Of a stretch of 53,607 nucleotides of DNA, positions 36,316-43,620 are shown in pieces. The notes beneath the pieces were generated by a model. It was not told the origin of the DNA. It ran no database searches and saw only the letters and a list, made by a program, of their open reading frames with translations. Origin of the DNA: a virus; IMG/VR virus record IMGVR_UViG_3300022748_000006; one strand, given 5' to 3'. The number at the start of each line of letters is the position of its first letter. Positions within the stretch are counted from its first letter, which is position 1. A program made the translations under genes and the position numbers.

Positions 36316-37122
36316 TTAGACTCCAAAACGATTTTTCAATTTCCAAAAGGACAGCAAAGACTGGAACATGCTCCAGCCGCGCTGCAGGTCGTCTTCGCTC
36401 CATTCCTTGATCTTTACAAGACCGGGATGCGAAACGGAAGCAAAGACGTTTGCACACCGTGCATTGGGCATACCTACACCCACTCGGTAGGAACTCAACT
36501 GCATGAGGTGTTCGTCATACGCCGGGACTTCATCGTCGGGGCCAAACTCTTTGGTTTTGGCGTCCAACATGATGCCCACGGGCGCAGATTCATCAGGTCG
36601 GGTGAAGAGGTCAGTCTTCCCGCCAAAGCCCAGAGGATGGGCAAAAGACACTTCCGTCTCCCATTTCTGGAAGGGGTGCGTTTTGAAGTGATTGAAGATG
36701 GCCTCCTCGACTGCCTGAGCAATCTCGACGTGCTCCACATCACGTTTGCCCCCGTACCATGATTCGATGGATTCATGGACTCGGGTGCCACGCTCTGCAG
36801 CGGCCTTGGCGGTGGCTTTGGAGTCCATCACCACACGGGCGATGAATTCCTTCTCCGACTCGCCATCGACGCGAGGAAGGGTGAGTGCTGCCAGCAGCAG
36901 TTGCTCATTCTTCCAGACGTCCAGACCGGGCTTTGCAGCCACTTTCATCACGGTGGTGACCGAGGGCACCAGATTCAGCTTTCGTGCGTCCCTGAGGGTC
37001 GTAGGACGGTCTGAGCCATCCTTGGCCTTCACGGTGTACTGAGGCTGGCCGTCGTCACCGCGATACCAGTGGACAGATTCGGCTGCGCGAACAATGATGG
37101 TCATTTGTTCTCCTTGAGTCAA
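36316..37122 (-). CDS. PD-(D/E)XK exonuclease (YqaJ/Cas4-like recombination nuclease)
   Basis: 268 aa. GGKTDLF .. IMLDAKTK is a D..(D/E)xK-type core. Adjacent to the SSB gene. Confidence 0.7.
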   Translation of the reverse strand: MTQGEQMTIIVRAAESVHWYRGDDGQPQYTVKAKDGSDRPTTLRDARKLNLVPSVTTVMKVAAKPGLDVWKNEQLLLAALTLPRVDGESEKEFIARVVMDSKATAKAAAERGTRVHESIESWYGGKRDVEHVEIAQAVEEAIFNHFKTHPFQKWETEVSFAHPLGFGGKTDLFTRPDESAPVGIMLDAKTKEFGPDDEVPAYDEHLMQLSSYRVGVGMPNARCANVFASVSHPGLVKIKEWSEDDLQRGWSMFQSLLSFWKLKNRFGV

Positions 37123-37124
37123 GC

Positions 37125-37775
37125 CTAAAACGGAATGTCCGAGTCATCTTCATCCATCGCGGGGGCGGCTGGTGCTGCACTTGCTTGCGCTGGTGCTTTG
37201 CCGTTCAGCTTTTCCCACTCGGGCGTGGCCATGATCTTTTTCTTCAGGTTGTCGCTGAAGGTGTTGAACATTTCCATGTCCGGTGTGTCCAACATGAACA
37301 CCTCGTTCTTGTTCACAGCAGTGGGCAGGCCAGCTTGCTTGATCATGGACGGGACAGGGGTGATGCCGTTGACGTTGACATAGGTCTTGCCGTCGTTGCC
37401 TTGCTTCTCGATCACGTTGAGCATGCACCATGCACCCAAGACGGTCTTGAGGTCAAAGCGGCGCATTTCCTCCTGCGAGAAGGGCTTGCCACGCCACGAC
37501 TGAAGGTCAGCACGCAGGTTGGCTTTTTCGGCCCACGACAGGGTGTAGTTCTTGAACATGGCGAACGGGCGACCGTCCTTCATCTTCAGTGCGGCGCCGG
37601 AGTCATCAGAGCCATGGATTTCCCAGCCCAGCATGACTTTGCGCAGGTATTTGACTTGGCCAAGGTACTCAGACTTTTGCGTGCCCAGATCAATGATCCG
37701 GTAGCAGCGTGCCAAGTGCAGGCCCGGGGGTGTGGATTCGAAGGAACCACCTTTGTCTTCAACGTAAAAACTCAT
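37125..37775 (-). CDS. ssb: Single-stranded DNA-binding protein (DUF669-like) with SSB-type acidic tip
   Basis: ORF track 37125..38186 trimmed to MSFYVEDK after GGAG. The C-terminus MDEDDSDIPF mirrors the bacterial SSB DDDIPF tail. Confidence 0.75.
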   Translation of the reverse strand: MSFYVEDKGGSFESTPPGLHLARCYRIIDLGTQKSEYLGQVKYLRKVMLGWEIHGSDDSGAALKMKDGRPFAMFKNYTLSWAEKANLRADLQSWRGKPFSQEEMRRFDLKTVLGAWCMLNVIEKQGNDGKTYVNVNGITPVPSMIKQAGLPTAVNKNEVFMLDTPDMEMFNTFSDNLKKKIMATPEWEKLNGKAPAQASAAPAAPAMDEDDSDIPF

Positions 37776-37867
37776 CAGAATCTCCAGATAAAAATGTCCA
37801 TCAGGACAACAACAAGGCCAACGGCGCAAACGGTCAAAAGCACTTTGTCGTGCAAGTCGTAATCCAT
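37775..37867 (-). CDS. Candidate 30-aa membrane peptide, first ORF of the leftward operon
   Basis: MDYDLHDKVLLTVCAVGLVVVLMDIFIWRF. GGAG lies 6 nt upstream. TGATG coupling to ssb. Below the track threshold. Confidence 0.35.
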   Translation of the reverse strand: MDYDLHDKVLLTVCAVGLVVVLMDIFIWRF

Positions 37868-37879
37868 AACAGACTCCTA

Positions 37880-37925
37880 ACAACGGCAACATCGCCGTGC
37901 CCGAACTATAACATGAAATTAGATT
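37880..37925 (-). promoter_or_regulatory. Leftward early promoter/operator/leader (fourth copy of the conserved module)
   Basis: The minus strand reads ATCTAATTTCATGTTATAGTTCGGGCACGGCGATGTTGCCG. This gives a TCTAA-N7-TTATA dyad, a TGT-TATAGT extended -10 and a leader hairpin ACGGC/GCCGT. Confidence 0.55.
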
Positions 37926-37935
37926 GCCAAGCAAG

Positions 37936-37963
37936 TTGCTCAAACAAAAAGTTTTGGTACACT
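37936..37963 (+). promoter_or_regulatory. Candidate rightward promoter for the cro-like gene
   Basis: TTGCTC-N16-TACACT. The predicted start is within a few nt of ATG 37972, and no SD is present, so the mRNA may be leaderless. Confidence 0.35.
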
Positions 37964-37971
37964 GCAGGCTC

Positions 37972-38175
37972 ATGACATTGACCGAATACTTCAGCACTGA
38001 ACCCCGGGGGGGCAAATCAGAGATGGCCGAGTACCTGCGCATCACGCCCACATGGCTGGGCCTGATCATGCGTGGCGCTCGGAAGGCCTCGCCGGAGTTG
38101 TGCGTCCGCATCGAACGCGCCACCGGGGGACTGGTGACGCGAGAAGAGTTGCGCCCTGACATTTTCATGGTGTAA
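37972..38175 (+). CDS. cro: Cro/YdaS-type helix-turn-helix regulator
   Basis: ORF track 37924..38175 trimmed to MTLTEYF. GGKSEMAEYLRITPTWLGLIMRG..RIERATGGLVTREELRPD matches the YdaS/Cro HTH pattern. Divergent from the leftward operon. Confidence 0.75.
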   Translation: MTLTEYFSTEPRGGKSEMAEYLRITPTWLGLIMRGARKASPELCVRIERATGGLVTREELRPDIFMV

Positions 38176-38210
38176 GATTTCAACATCGCTTGGCGGCGAT
38201 TTAAGAGTAA

Positions 38211-38290
38211 GCCCTTGGGGCACGTCTGCAGGTTACTCGCCTGTCCGCCAATTCAGCGAAAGCTGAAAGACGTGCGCCAAGGGCTTTTTT
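38211..38290 (+). terminator. Long structured terminator/attenuator between cro and the ParB-like gene
   Basis: GCCCTTGGGGCACGTC (38211..38226) pairs with GACGTGCGCCAAGGGC (38269..38284) with one mismatch, followed by T6. It encloses TTCAGC-GAAA-GCTGAA (38252..38267). Confidence 0.5.
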
Positions 38291-38306
38291 CATTTGGAGA
38301 ACGACG

Positions 38307-39119
38307 ATGACAAGAATGGTGAGACTGGATCAGATCCGCCTTGATGGCGGCACTCAGTTCCGAGACCAGATTGACCAGAACACGGTCAAGCACTACACAG
38401 ACTGCATGCGCGACGGCGCAGAGTTCCCGGCAGTCAAATGCACCTTCGATGGTGTGAACTACTGGCTCTGGGATGGATTTCACCGTTACTTTGCAAGCCA
38501 AGCTGTGGGGTTCAAAGAGATTCTGGTGGACTACAAGCCCGGCACCATGGAGGACGCGCAGGACTTGGCTCTGAGCGCCAACGGCAAGCACGGCCTGCCA
38601 CGCAACACGGCCACCAAGCGCAAGCAAGTGGAGACCGCCCTGTCGATGGAGCGCCACAAAGACAAGTCCGACCGTGAGATTGCCAAGCTGTGCGATGTGT
38701 CTCACACCTTCGTGGCCAGCGTGCGAAACCCCGAGGTCAAGGATCGCCAGAACAAAAACCGTGACGCCTCTGCGGCCAAGAAAGTGGAGTCGGACTCCAC
38801 CCTGAAGGCTGGTGATGTTGTTCCAAACCAACAAGTGGAGTCGGACTCCACCGACCCCAAGGTGTCCCTGACTCAGGACTACGGCCCAGACGCCGACGAA
38901 CTCAAGGCGATGGAACTGGCCGAGCAGGCTGACCGTGACGCCATGTACAAGATGCTGGAGTCTGACGATGCTCTGGCCACTGCGGTCAAAGAAATCGAGC
39001 GCCTGAACTTCCTGAATGCTCAAATGGAGATTCGGATCACCGCCCTGATGAACGAAAAAAATGCCGCCGTCAAGATGGTGAAAGACCTTGAGAAGCAACT
39101 GAAGAAAGCCAAAAAATGA
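38307..39119 (+). CDS. ParB/Srx-superfamily N-terminal domain protein (orphan ParB-like)
   Basis: 270 aa. VRLDQIRLDGGTQFR and WLWDGFHRYFAS are ParB-N box-like. An HTH-like segment (DREIAKLCDVSHTFV), a linker holding two palindromes and a C-terminal coiled coil. Confidence 0.75.
   Translation: MTRMVRLDQIRLDGGTQFRDQIDQNTVKHYTDCMRDGAEFPAVKCTFDGVNYWLWDGFHRYFASQAVGFKEILVDYKPGTMEDAQDLALSANGKHGLPRNTATKRKQVETALSMERHKDKSDREIAKLCDVSHTFVASVRNPEVKDRQNKNRDASAAKKVESDSTLKAGDVVPNQQVESDSTDPKVSLTQDYGPDADELKAMELAEQADRDAMYKMLESDDALATAVKEIERLNFLNAQMEIRITALMNEKNAAVKMVKDLEKQLKKAKK
38784..38800. repeat. Palindrome GTGGAGTCGGACTCCAC (17/17)
   Basis: Inside the ParB-like linker, read as KVESDST. Confidence 0.95.
38835..38851. 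repeat. Palindrome GTGGAGTCGGACTCCAC (17/17)
   Basis: Second copy 51 bp downstream, read as QVESDST. Confidence 0.95.
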
Positions 39120-40645
39120 CTGAAGTCCTAGCACAGCGAGTGTGTGATGATGGATCGACCTTCCCTCCTCCACGCCCCTTCCAACTCGATGCCCACCAAC
39201 AACTCCGTCAGGGGTTTAAGGCTGGCCACAAGAATCAAATTATTTGCGCCCCCACTGGGGCTGGGAAGACCTACCTTGGCCTGCGGATCTGCAACGAGGC
39301 CATGCAAAAGGGCAAACGTGCCGTGTTCCTGTGTGATCGCACCACGCTGATCAACCAGACCTCTGCTGCAGCCGACGGGTATGGCCTGCGTGAGCATGGC
39401 GTGATCCAAGCAAATCACTGGCGTCGCCAGCCCGAGCAGTTGCTGCAGATCGCATCCGCTCAGACAATTGCCAAGCGTGAATACTGGCCACAGCTTGACG
39501 TTCTGGTGGTCGACGAGGCGCACACCCAGATGAAGGTCTGGACTGAGTTCGCCCAGAACACTCAGGCGGCTGTGATCGGACTGTCTGCGACTCCGTTCTC
39601 GGTGGGTCTCGGAAAGATCTTCACGAACCTGATCAACGCCACCACGATGCACGACCTGACCGAGTCCGGTGTGCTGGTGCCCATGCGTATCTTCTCTTGC
39701 ACGAAGCCCGACATGACAGGCGCTGCCACCGCTGGCGGTGAGTGGACGGACAAGGCTGCAGAAGAGCGCGGCATGGACATCGTGGGGGACGTGGTCACTG
39801 AGTGGCTGAAGTTCGCCGAGAACCGCAAGACCATCGTGTTTGGCTCCACGATCAAGCACTGCGAGGAGTTGGCCCAGCAGTTCATCAACCAAGGCGTCAT
39901 GGCCGCTGTGTTCACGTCTGAGACCACCGCCAAGGAGCGTGAAGCCCTGCTGGAGGACTACCGTCGCCCCGACAGCTACATCCGTGTCCTGATCAGCGTG
40001 GAGGCTCTTGCAAAGGGTTTTGACGTACCTGACGTGGGCTGTGTGTGCGATGCACGTCCCCTTCGTAAGTCGCTGTCCACCGCCATCCAGATGTGGGGCC
40101 GTGGTTTGCGCTCGTCGCCCTCCACCGGGAAGAAGGACTGTTACCTGCTCGACTTCAGCGGCAACATCATCCGCTTCGCTGAGGACTTCACCGACGTGTT
40201 TTTCAACGGTCTGGAAAAGCTGGACGACGGCGAGAAGCTGGACAAGAAGATCCGCAAGGACGAAGAGGTCGAGGTGCGTGGGTGCCCCAAGTGCGGCTAC
40301 ACCCCGTTCCACAAGCGCTGCATGGCATGCGGCTACGAAAAGGTGAGCCAGAGTGTGTCTGAGGCGCTACCCGGCCACATGCAGGAAATCACCATCGGCG
40401 AGGGCAAGAACAAAAAGGTGCTGGCCAGCAACGCCGAGAACCTGTGGCACCAGCTTGTGGCCTACGCAAAGATCCACAGCGCCCCTGAAAAGCAGCAGGG
40501 CAGGGCTTACCACCTGTTCAAGAAAATTACTGGCCAAGACCCCATGTGGCGCTTCTCAACGGCACCCGCAGTTGAGATTTCCCGTCACACGTACAACAAG
40601 ATCACGCAACTGAACATGGCGTGGAAGAAGGGGATGCAGAAATGA
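39116..40645 (+). CDS. SF2 DEAD/DEAH-box type DNA helicase with C-terminal zinc ribbon
   Basis: 509 aa. Walker A APTGAGKT, DEAH box VVDEAH and CPKCGY..CMACGY. Confidence 0.85.
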   Translation: MTEVLAQRVCDDGSTFPPPRPFQLDAHQQLRQGFKAGHKNQIICAPTGAGKTYLGLRICNEAMQKGKRAVFLCDRTTLINQTSAAADGYGLREHGVIQANHWRRQPEQLLQIASAQTIAKREYWPQLDVLVVDEAHTQMKVWTEFAQNTQAAVIGLSATPFSVGLGKIFTNLINATTMHDLTESGVLVPMRIFSCTKPDMTGAATAGGEWTDKAAEERGMDIVGDVVTEWLKFAENRKTIVFGSTIKHCEELAQQFINQGVMAAVFTSETTAKEREALLEDYRRPDSYIRVLISVEALAKGFDVPDVGCVCDARPLRKSLSTAIQMWGRGLRSSPSTGKKDCYLLDFSGNIIRFAEDFTDVFFNGLEKLDDGEKLDKKIRKDEEVEVRGCPKCGYTPFHKRCMACGYEKVSQSVSEALPGHMQEITIGEGKNKKVLASNAENLWHQLVAYAKIHSAPEKQQGRAYHLFKKITGQDPMWRFSTAPAVEISRHTYNKITQLNMAWKKGMQK

Positions 40646-40866
40646 CTTGCACACGCATTGGAAACGGCATTGTCTGCACCAGCCCATGGAAGAGATTCCA
40701 TGTTGGCAACCGCTACATCATGATGGAGTTCCATCCATACTGCGGCCCCACGTTCTTCACCGACCGTGCATGCACGCAGATCTATGAGCCAGTCGAGGGT
40801 GACCCCGTCTGGCCAGTGTTCACGAAGTGGTACGACCAGTACAAAGCAGCAAGGGGTGAGGCATGA
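40642..40866 (+). CDS. Hypothetical protein (74 aa)
   Basis: ORF track 40621..40866 trimmed to the ATGA-coupled ATG 40642. Confidence 0.6.
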   Translation: MTCTRIGNGIVCTSPWKRFHVGNRYIMMEFHPYCGPTFFTDRACTQIYEPVEGDPVWPVFTKWYDQYKAARGEA

Positions 40867-41120
40867 GCCGCGAAGACATCATCCGCAGTGCGCGGGAGGC
40901 ATTCGGCGTCGAGATAATCTATGACAATGACATTCCAAGGATTGAGCGCTTCGCTGCCCTTGTCGCTGCAGCAGAGCGTGAGGCATGTCTTGCGTTGCAC
41001 GATCACGAAGATGTATTGGCCCCCGTTGGAGCCAGTTCATGGGGGGAAGCCTATCAAGAGGGCTGGGCTAAAGGCACAGCGGCTTACCACGCCGCCATCC
41101 GAGCAAGGGGTGAGGCATGA
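40863..41120 (+). CDS. Small protein of the ERExC..IRARG family
   Basis: 85 aa. AAAEREACLAL .. AAIRARGEA. ATGA overlaps at both ends. Confidence 0.65.
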   Translation: MSREDIIRSAREAFGVEIIYDNDIPRIERFAALVAAAEREACLALHDHEDVLAPVGASSWGEAYQEGWAKGTAAYHAAIRARGEA

Positions 41121-41278
41121 CTCCACTCAAACTCGCACAAGGCCTCACGGACGAGATTCTTGACGTGATCTACAAGTACCACGAGACGATGCCTGTGGTG
41201 ACCGTTCTGGGCGTTCTGGAGGTCATCAAAATGCAGTTGATCAACGAGCACACCGAAGCGGAGGACGACGATGAATAA
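41117..41278 (+). CDS. Small acidic-tailed hypothetical protein (53 aa)
   Basis: Not in the track. ATGA-coupled start. Fills the gap to 41271. Confidence 0.5.
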   Translation: MTPLKLAQGLTDEILDVIYKYHETMPVVTVLGVLEVIKMQLINEHTEAEDDDE

Positions 41279-41528
41279 TCGAGCATGGTTTACCATTGAA
41301 GAGATCAACAAGTGGGCAGACAACTATCACCTCAATGCGATCACAAGAGCGTTGGAGTCGGTTCGCCGATCAGGTCAGCCAGCCGAGATCTCGGGAGCGT
41401 ACATCGAGAACCTTGAGTACGGGTTGGCAACCTTCGAGCAGTTAATCGATGAATTTGACCTGACCTGCAAGTGGGACAAAACCACTGGTCGCTACATCGT
41501 CGAAAAGCCGGGGAGGGCATACAAATGA
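41271..41528 (+). CDS. Hypothetical protein
   Basis: 85-aa ORF. Confidence 0.6.
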   Translation: MNNRAWFTIEEINKWADNYHLNAITRALESVRRSGQPAEISGAYIENLEYGLATFEQLIDEFDLTCKWDKTTGRYIVEKPGRAYK

Positions 41529-42397
41529 CCACTTTCATCGACTTTGCACGCTCACACGGTGTCGACATCGACCCCAGCAAGCTGTACGCCTCCGACAAGA
41601 TCCGTCGCACTGGCACCGTGGAGAAGCCACGCTCTGACAACGGCGCATTCTTTTGGGATGGCCAGCGCGGCTGGGTGTTCAATTGGTCTGGCGAGGCTCG
41701 GACAATCTGGTACGAAGATCCCAATGCCAAGCCATGGACTGAGCAGGAAAAGCAGGAATGGATGCTCAAGCGCCAGACAGCCGCTGCAGCGAAGAATCGT
41801 TCCTACGACATCGCTGCACAGAAGGCTGACATCACCTTGCGCTCGGCCAAGATGGCCACGCACGACTACCTGCACCTCAAAGGCTTTCCTGACCTTCAGG
41901 CGCTGGTGTTGGACGGCAAGCTGCTGGTGCCCATGCGCAACGTCGTGACCAACAAGCTGCAGGGCTACCAGCAGATTTTTTGGGACATGGACGAACGCAA
42001 GTGGGAGAAAAAGATGCTGCCCGGCATGCGTGCCAAGAATGCTGTGCTGTTCATGGGCGACAGAAGGGCCGAGGAGGCGTGGTTGGTCGAAGGGTATGCC
42101 ACGGGCCTGTCCGTGCAGGCAGCGCTGCGTGCAAGCGGTTCTGGTGCGTCTGTGGTGGTTTGCTTCAGTGCTTCGAACCTGATCCAAGTGGCCGACCAGA
42201 TCCCCGGGCGCAAGTTCTGCTTCGCCGACAACGACGCCAGCGAGACGGGCGAGAAGGCTGCAAAGTCTGCCGGATTGCCTTATGCTATGGCCGACACCAT
42301 GGGCTGGGATGCCAATGACCTCCACAAGGCCAAGGGACTGTTTGCGGTGACGGCGAAGATCATGCAGTGCAAGCAGAAAGCTGCTGTACACTCCTGA
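41525..42397 (+). CDS. Toprim-domain DNA primase-like protein
   Basis: ORF track 41471..42397 trimmed to the ATGA-coupled MTTFIDFARSHG. WLVEGYATGLS .. CFADNDASETGEKAA fits the Toprim E..DxD layout. Confidence 0.7.
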   Translation: MTTFIDFARSHGVDIDPSKLYASDKIRRTGTVEKPRSDNGAFFWDGQRGWVFNWSGEARTIWYEDPNAKPWTEQEKQEWMLKRQTAAAAKNRSYDIAAQKADITLRSAKMATHDYLHLKGFPDLQALVLDGKLLVPMRNVVTNKLQGYQQIFWDMDERKWEKKMLPGMRAKNAVLFMGDRRAEEAWLVEGYATGLSVQAALRASGSGASVVVCFSASNLIQVADQIPGRKFCFADNDASETGEKAAKSAGLPYAMADTMGWDANDLHKAKGLFAVTAKIMQCKQKAAVHS

Positions 42398-42749
42398 CCC
42401 TTCATGAAGGTCGTGCTGGTGGACTGAAAACACCAGCGCCAAAAAGGATGCGTCCTGCCTCTGGGGATTCCCGGGGGGCCGGACAGGGCGCATCCTTGTT
42501 GGTGAGGCTGGTAGCTAATCGGTATCCCTTAAACGCCCATCCAAGCGTGGGGTCGCCAACAACATGCAGGCCGTGTCGCGTAGCAGAGTCCAAGGGCAAA
42601 AGCTGTCTTGGTGGCTCACGGTGAAGAAAATCGCGAACCTACACGCATGGGAGCCGCTGGGCGACGGCCAGCGCGAAGGTGAGTCCAAAGGGCTGTGACA
42701 CGGCCAGCCACACCATCGCGTAAAAAAGGCGGCTCCCGCCAAAAAATTG

Positions 42750-42780
42750 TTGACACACCCAGACCAGTTGTGCTTATAAT
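42750..42780 (+). promoter_or_regulatory. Consensus sigma70-type promoter in the ORF-free region
   Basis: TTGACA (42750..42755) and TATAAT (42775..42780) are both perfect hexamers, with a 19-nt spacer by my count. An A-tract lies upstream. Confidence 0.55.
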
Positions 42781-42787
42781 GCGCCCA

Positions 42788-42914
42788 GCTAGGTGTGAGA
42801 ACCCAAGCAAGTGAAAGCCGTTAAGTCAGATCCCGACCCCGAATGGGGTAGCGCGTCAGCCCAAAAAGCTGGGGTGTTTTCTCACCGGGGTCTGTCTTAA
42901 CGGCTTTTTCTTTT
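42788..42914 (+). ncRNA. Candidate ~127-nt structured RNA with intrinsic terminator
   Basis: AAAGCCGTTAAG (42814..42825) pairs with CTTAACGGCTTT (42896..42907) and is followed by a T-run. Inside are a second 9-bp helix and three hairpins (ACCCC-GAAT-GGGGT, CAGC..GCTG, GGTG..CACC). Confidence 0.45.
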
Positions 42915-43560
42915 GTGTCTTTGAAGATGGTGAATGCGCAGGCTGATGCGTTCCGTCAGGCAGGCCGTGGCCACGGCAGCAGACCTGATCCGGTTCGAGA
43001 GTCGAGGCACCGATAAGCCGGAGATCAGCACCGGCCACCATCTTCAAGGACACACATCTCACACCCAGCCGTCAGGGCGCGTTAGCTGATGGCCGCAAGT
43101 GGGGCTGAACCCGAGAAACCGCGACACGGTATGCAACCGTGGACTTGATGATGATGCGGCGTGGAAGGACACGCTAGGTACGGTGCAGAAACATTCAATG
43201 CGGCGAGGGAGTGACCCGGCGGTCGCACTGCGAAGGTACTGATAGGAAAATGGAGTTGGCTCTGGGGACGCCCATCCAACCGCAGGCGACTGGTAGTGTG
43301 TCGCTGAACCGGAATCAAGCCCGGTCATCATCATCAAGTCCATGGGCTAGGGGGCAGTTCCCGAACAATCCGTGCGGCTGGTCGAATCATCAAGCCGGGG
43401 GCATACGGTATCCAATCCGTAGCATGATGATCCCGTTCATCGGGGGTGAAGCACCTTTCTCCTTCCTTACTCCACCGCCGTGGGGTAGGGGGGGTCTTTG
43501 GGTGAAAGGATTGAGAGGGGGGGGCAGGGCCGACCACGGGATCGACTCGACCCCAAAAAA
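42915..43560 (+). ncRNA. Candidate large structured RNA and/or replication-origin region
   Basis: No credible ORF. An 18-bp helix 42915..42932 / 43036..43053 (one G-U) and a perfect 16-bp helix 43141..43156 / 43326..43341 each enclose further hairpins. G4/G7/G8 tracts at 43482..43529. Confidence 0.3.
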
Positions 43561-43572
43561 ATTTCACCTGAA

Positions 43573-43620
43573 CTCTAATTCCATGTTAGAATTCAAGCAC
43601 CACGACGTTGTGGGTATTAC
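43573..43620 (+). promoter_or_regulatory. Conserved promoter/operator/leader module, copy P1
   Basis: CTCTAATTCCATGTTAGAATTCAAGCAC. Dyad TCTAA (43574..78)-N7-TTAGA (43586..90). Extended -10 TGTTAGAAT. Leader hairpin 43600..43613. Confidence 0.55.

Noticed and set aside
34295-38175. Lysogeny module (integrase, CI repressor, excisionase) around the divergent promoter region.
   Set aside because: Only a Cro/YdaS-type HTH is present. The leftward operon encodes SSB, exonuclease and accessory proteins. No recombinase motifs were seen anywhere in the closed genome.
42490-42570. tRNA-like D-arm string (GGCTGGTAGCTAATCGG) after GGTGAGG, which suggested a tRNA gene.
   Set aside because: I could not build an anticodon stem or a T-arm (no TTCRA loop with flanking 5-bp stem). 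No cloverleaf closes, so I make no tRNA call. tRNAscan-SE or ARAGORN would settle it.
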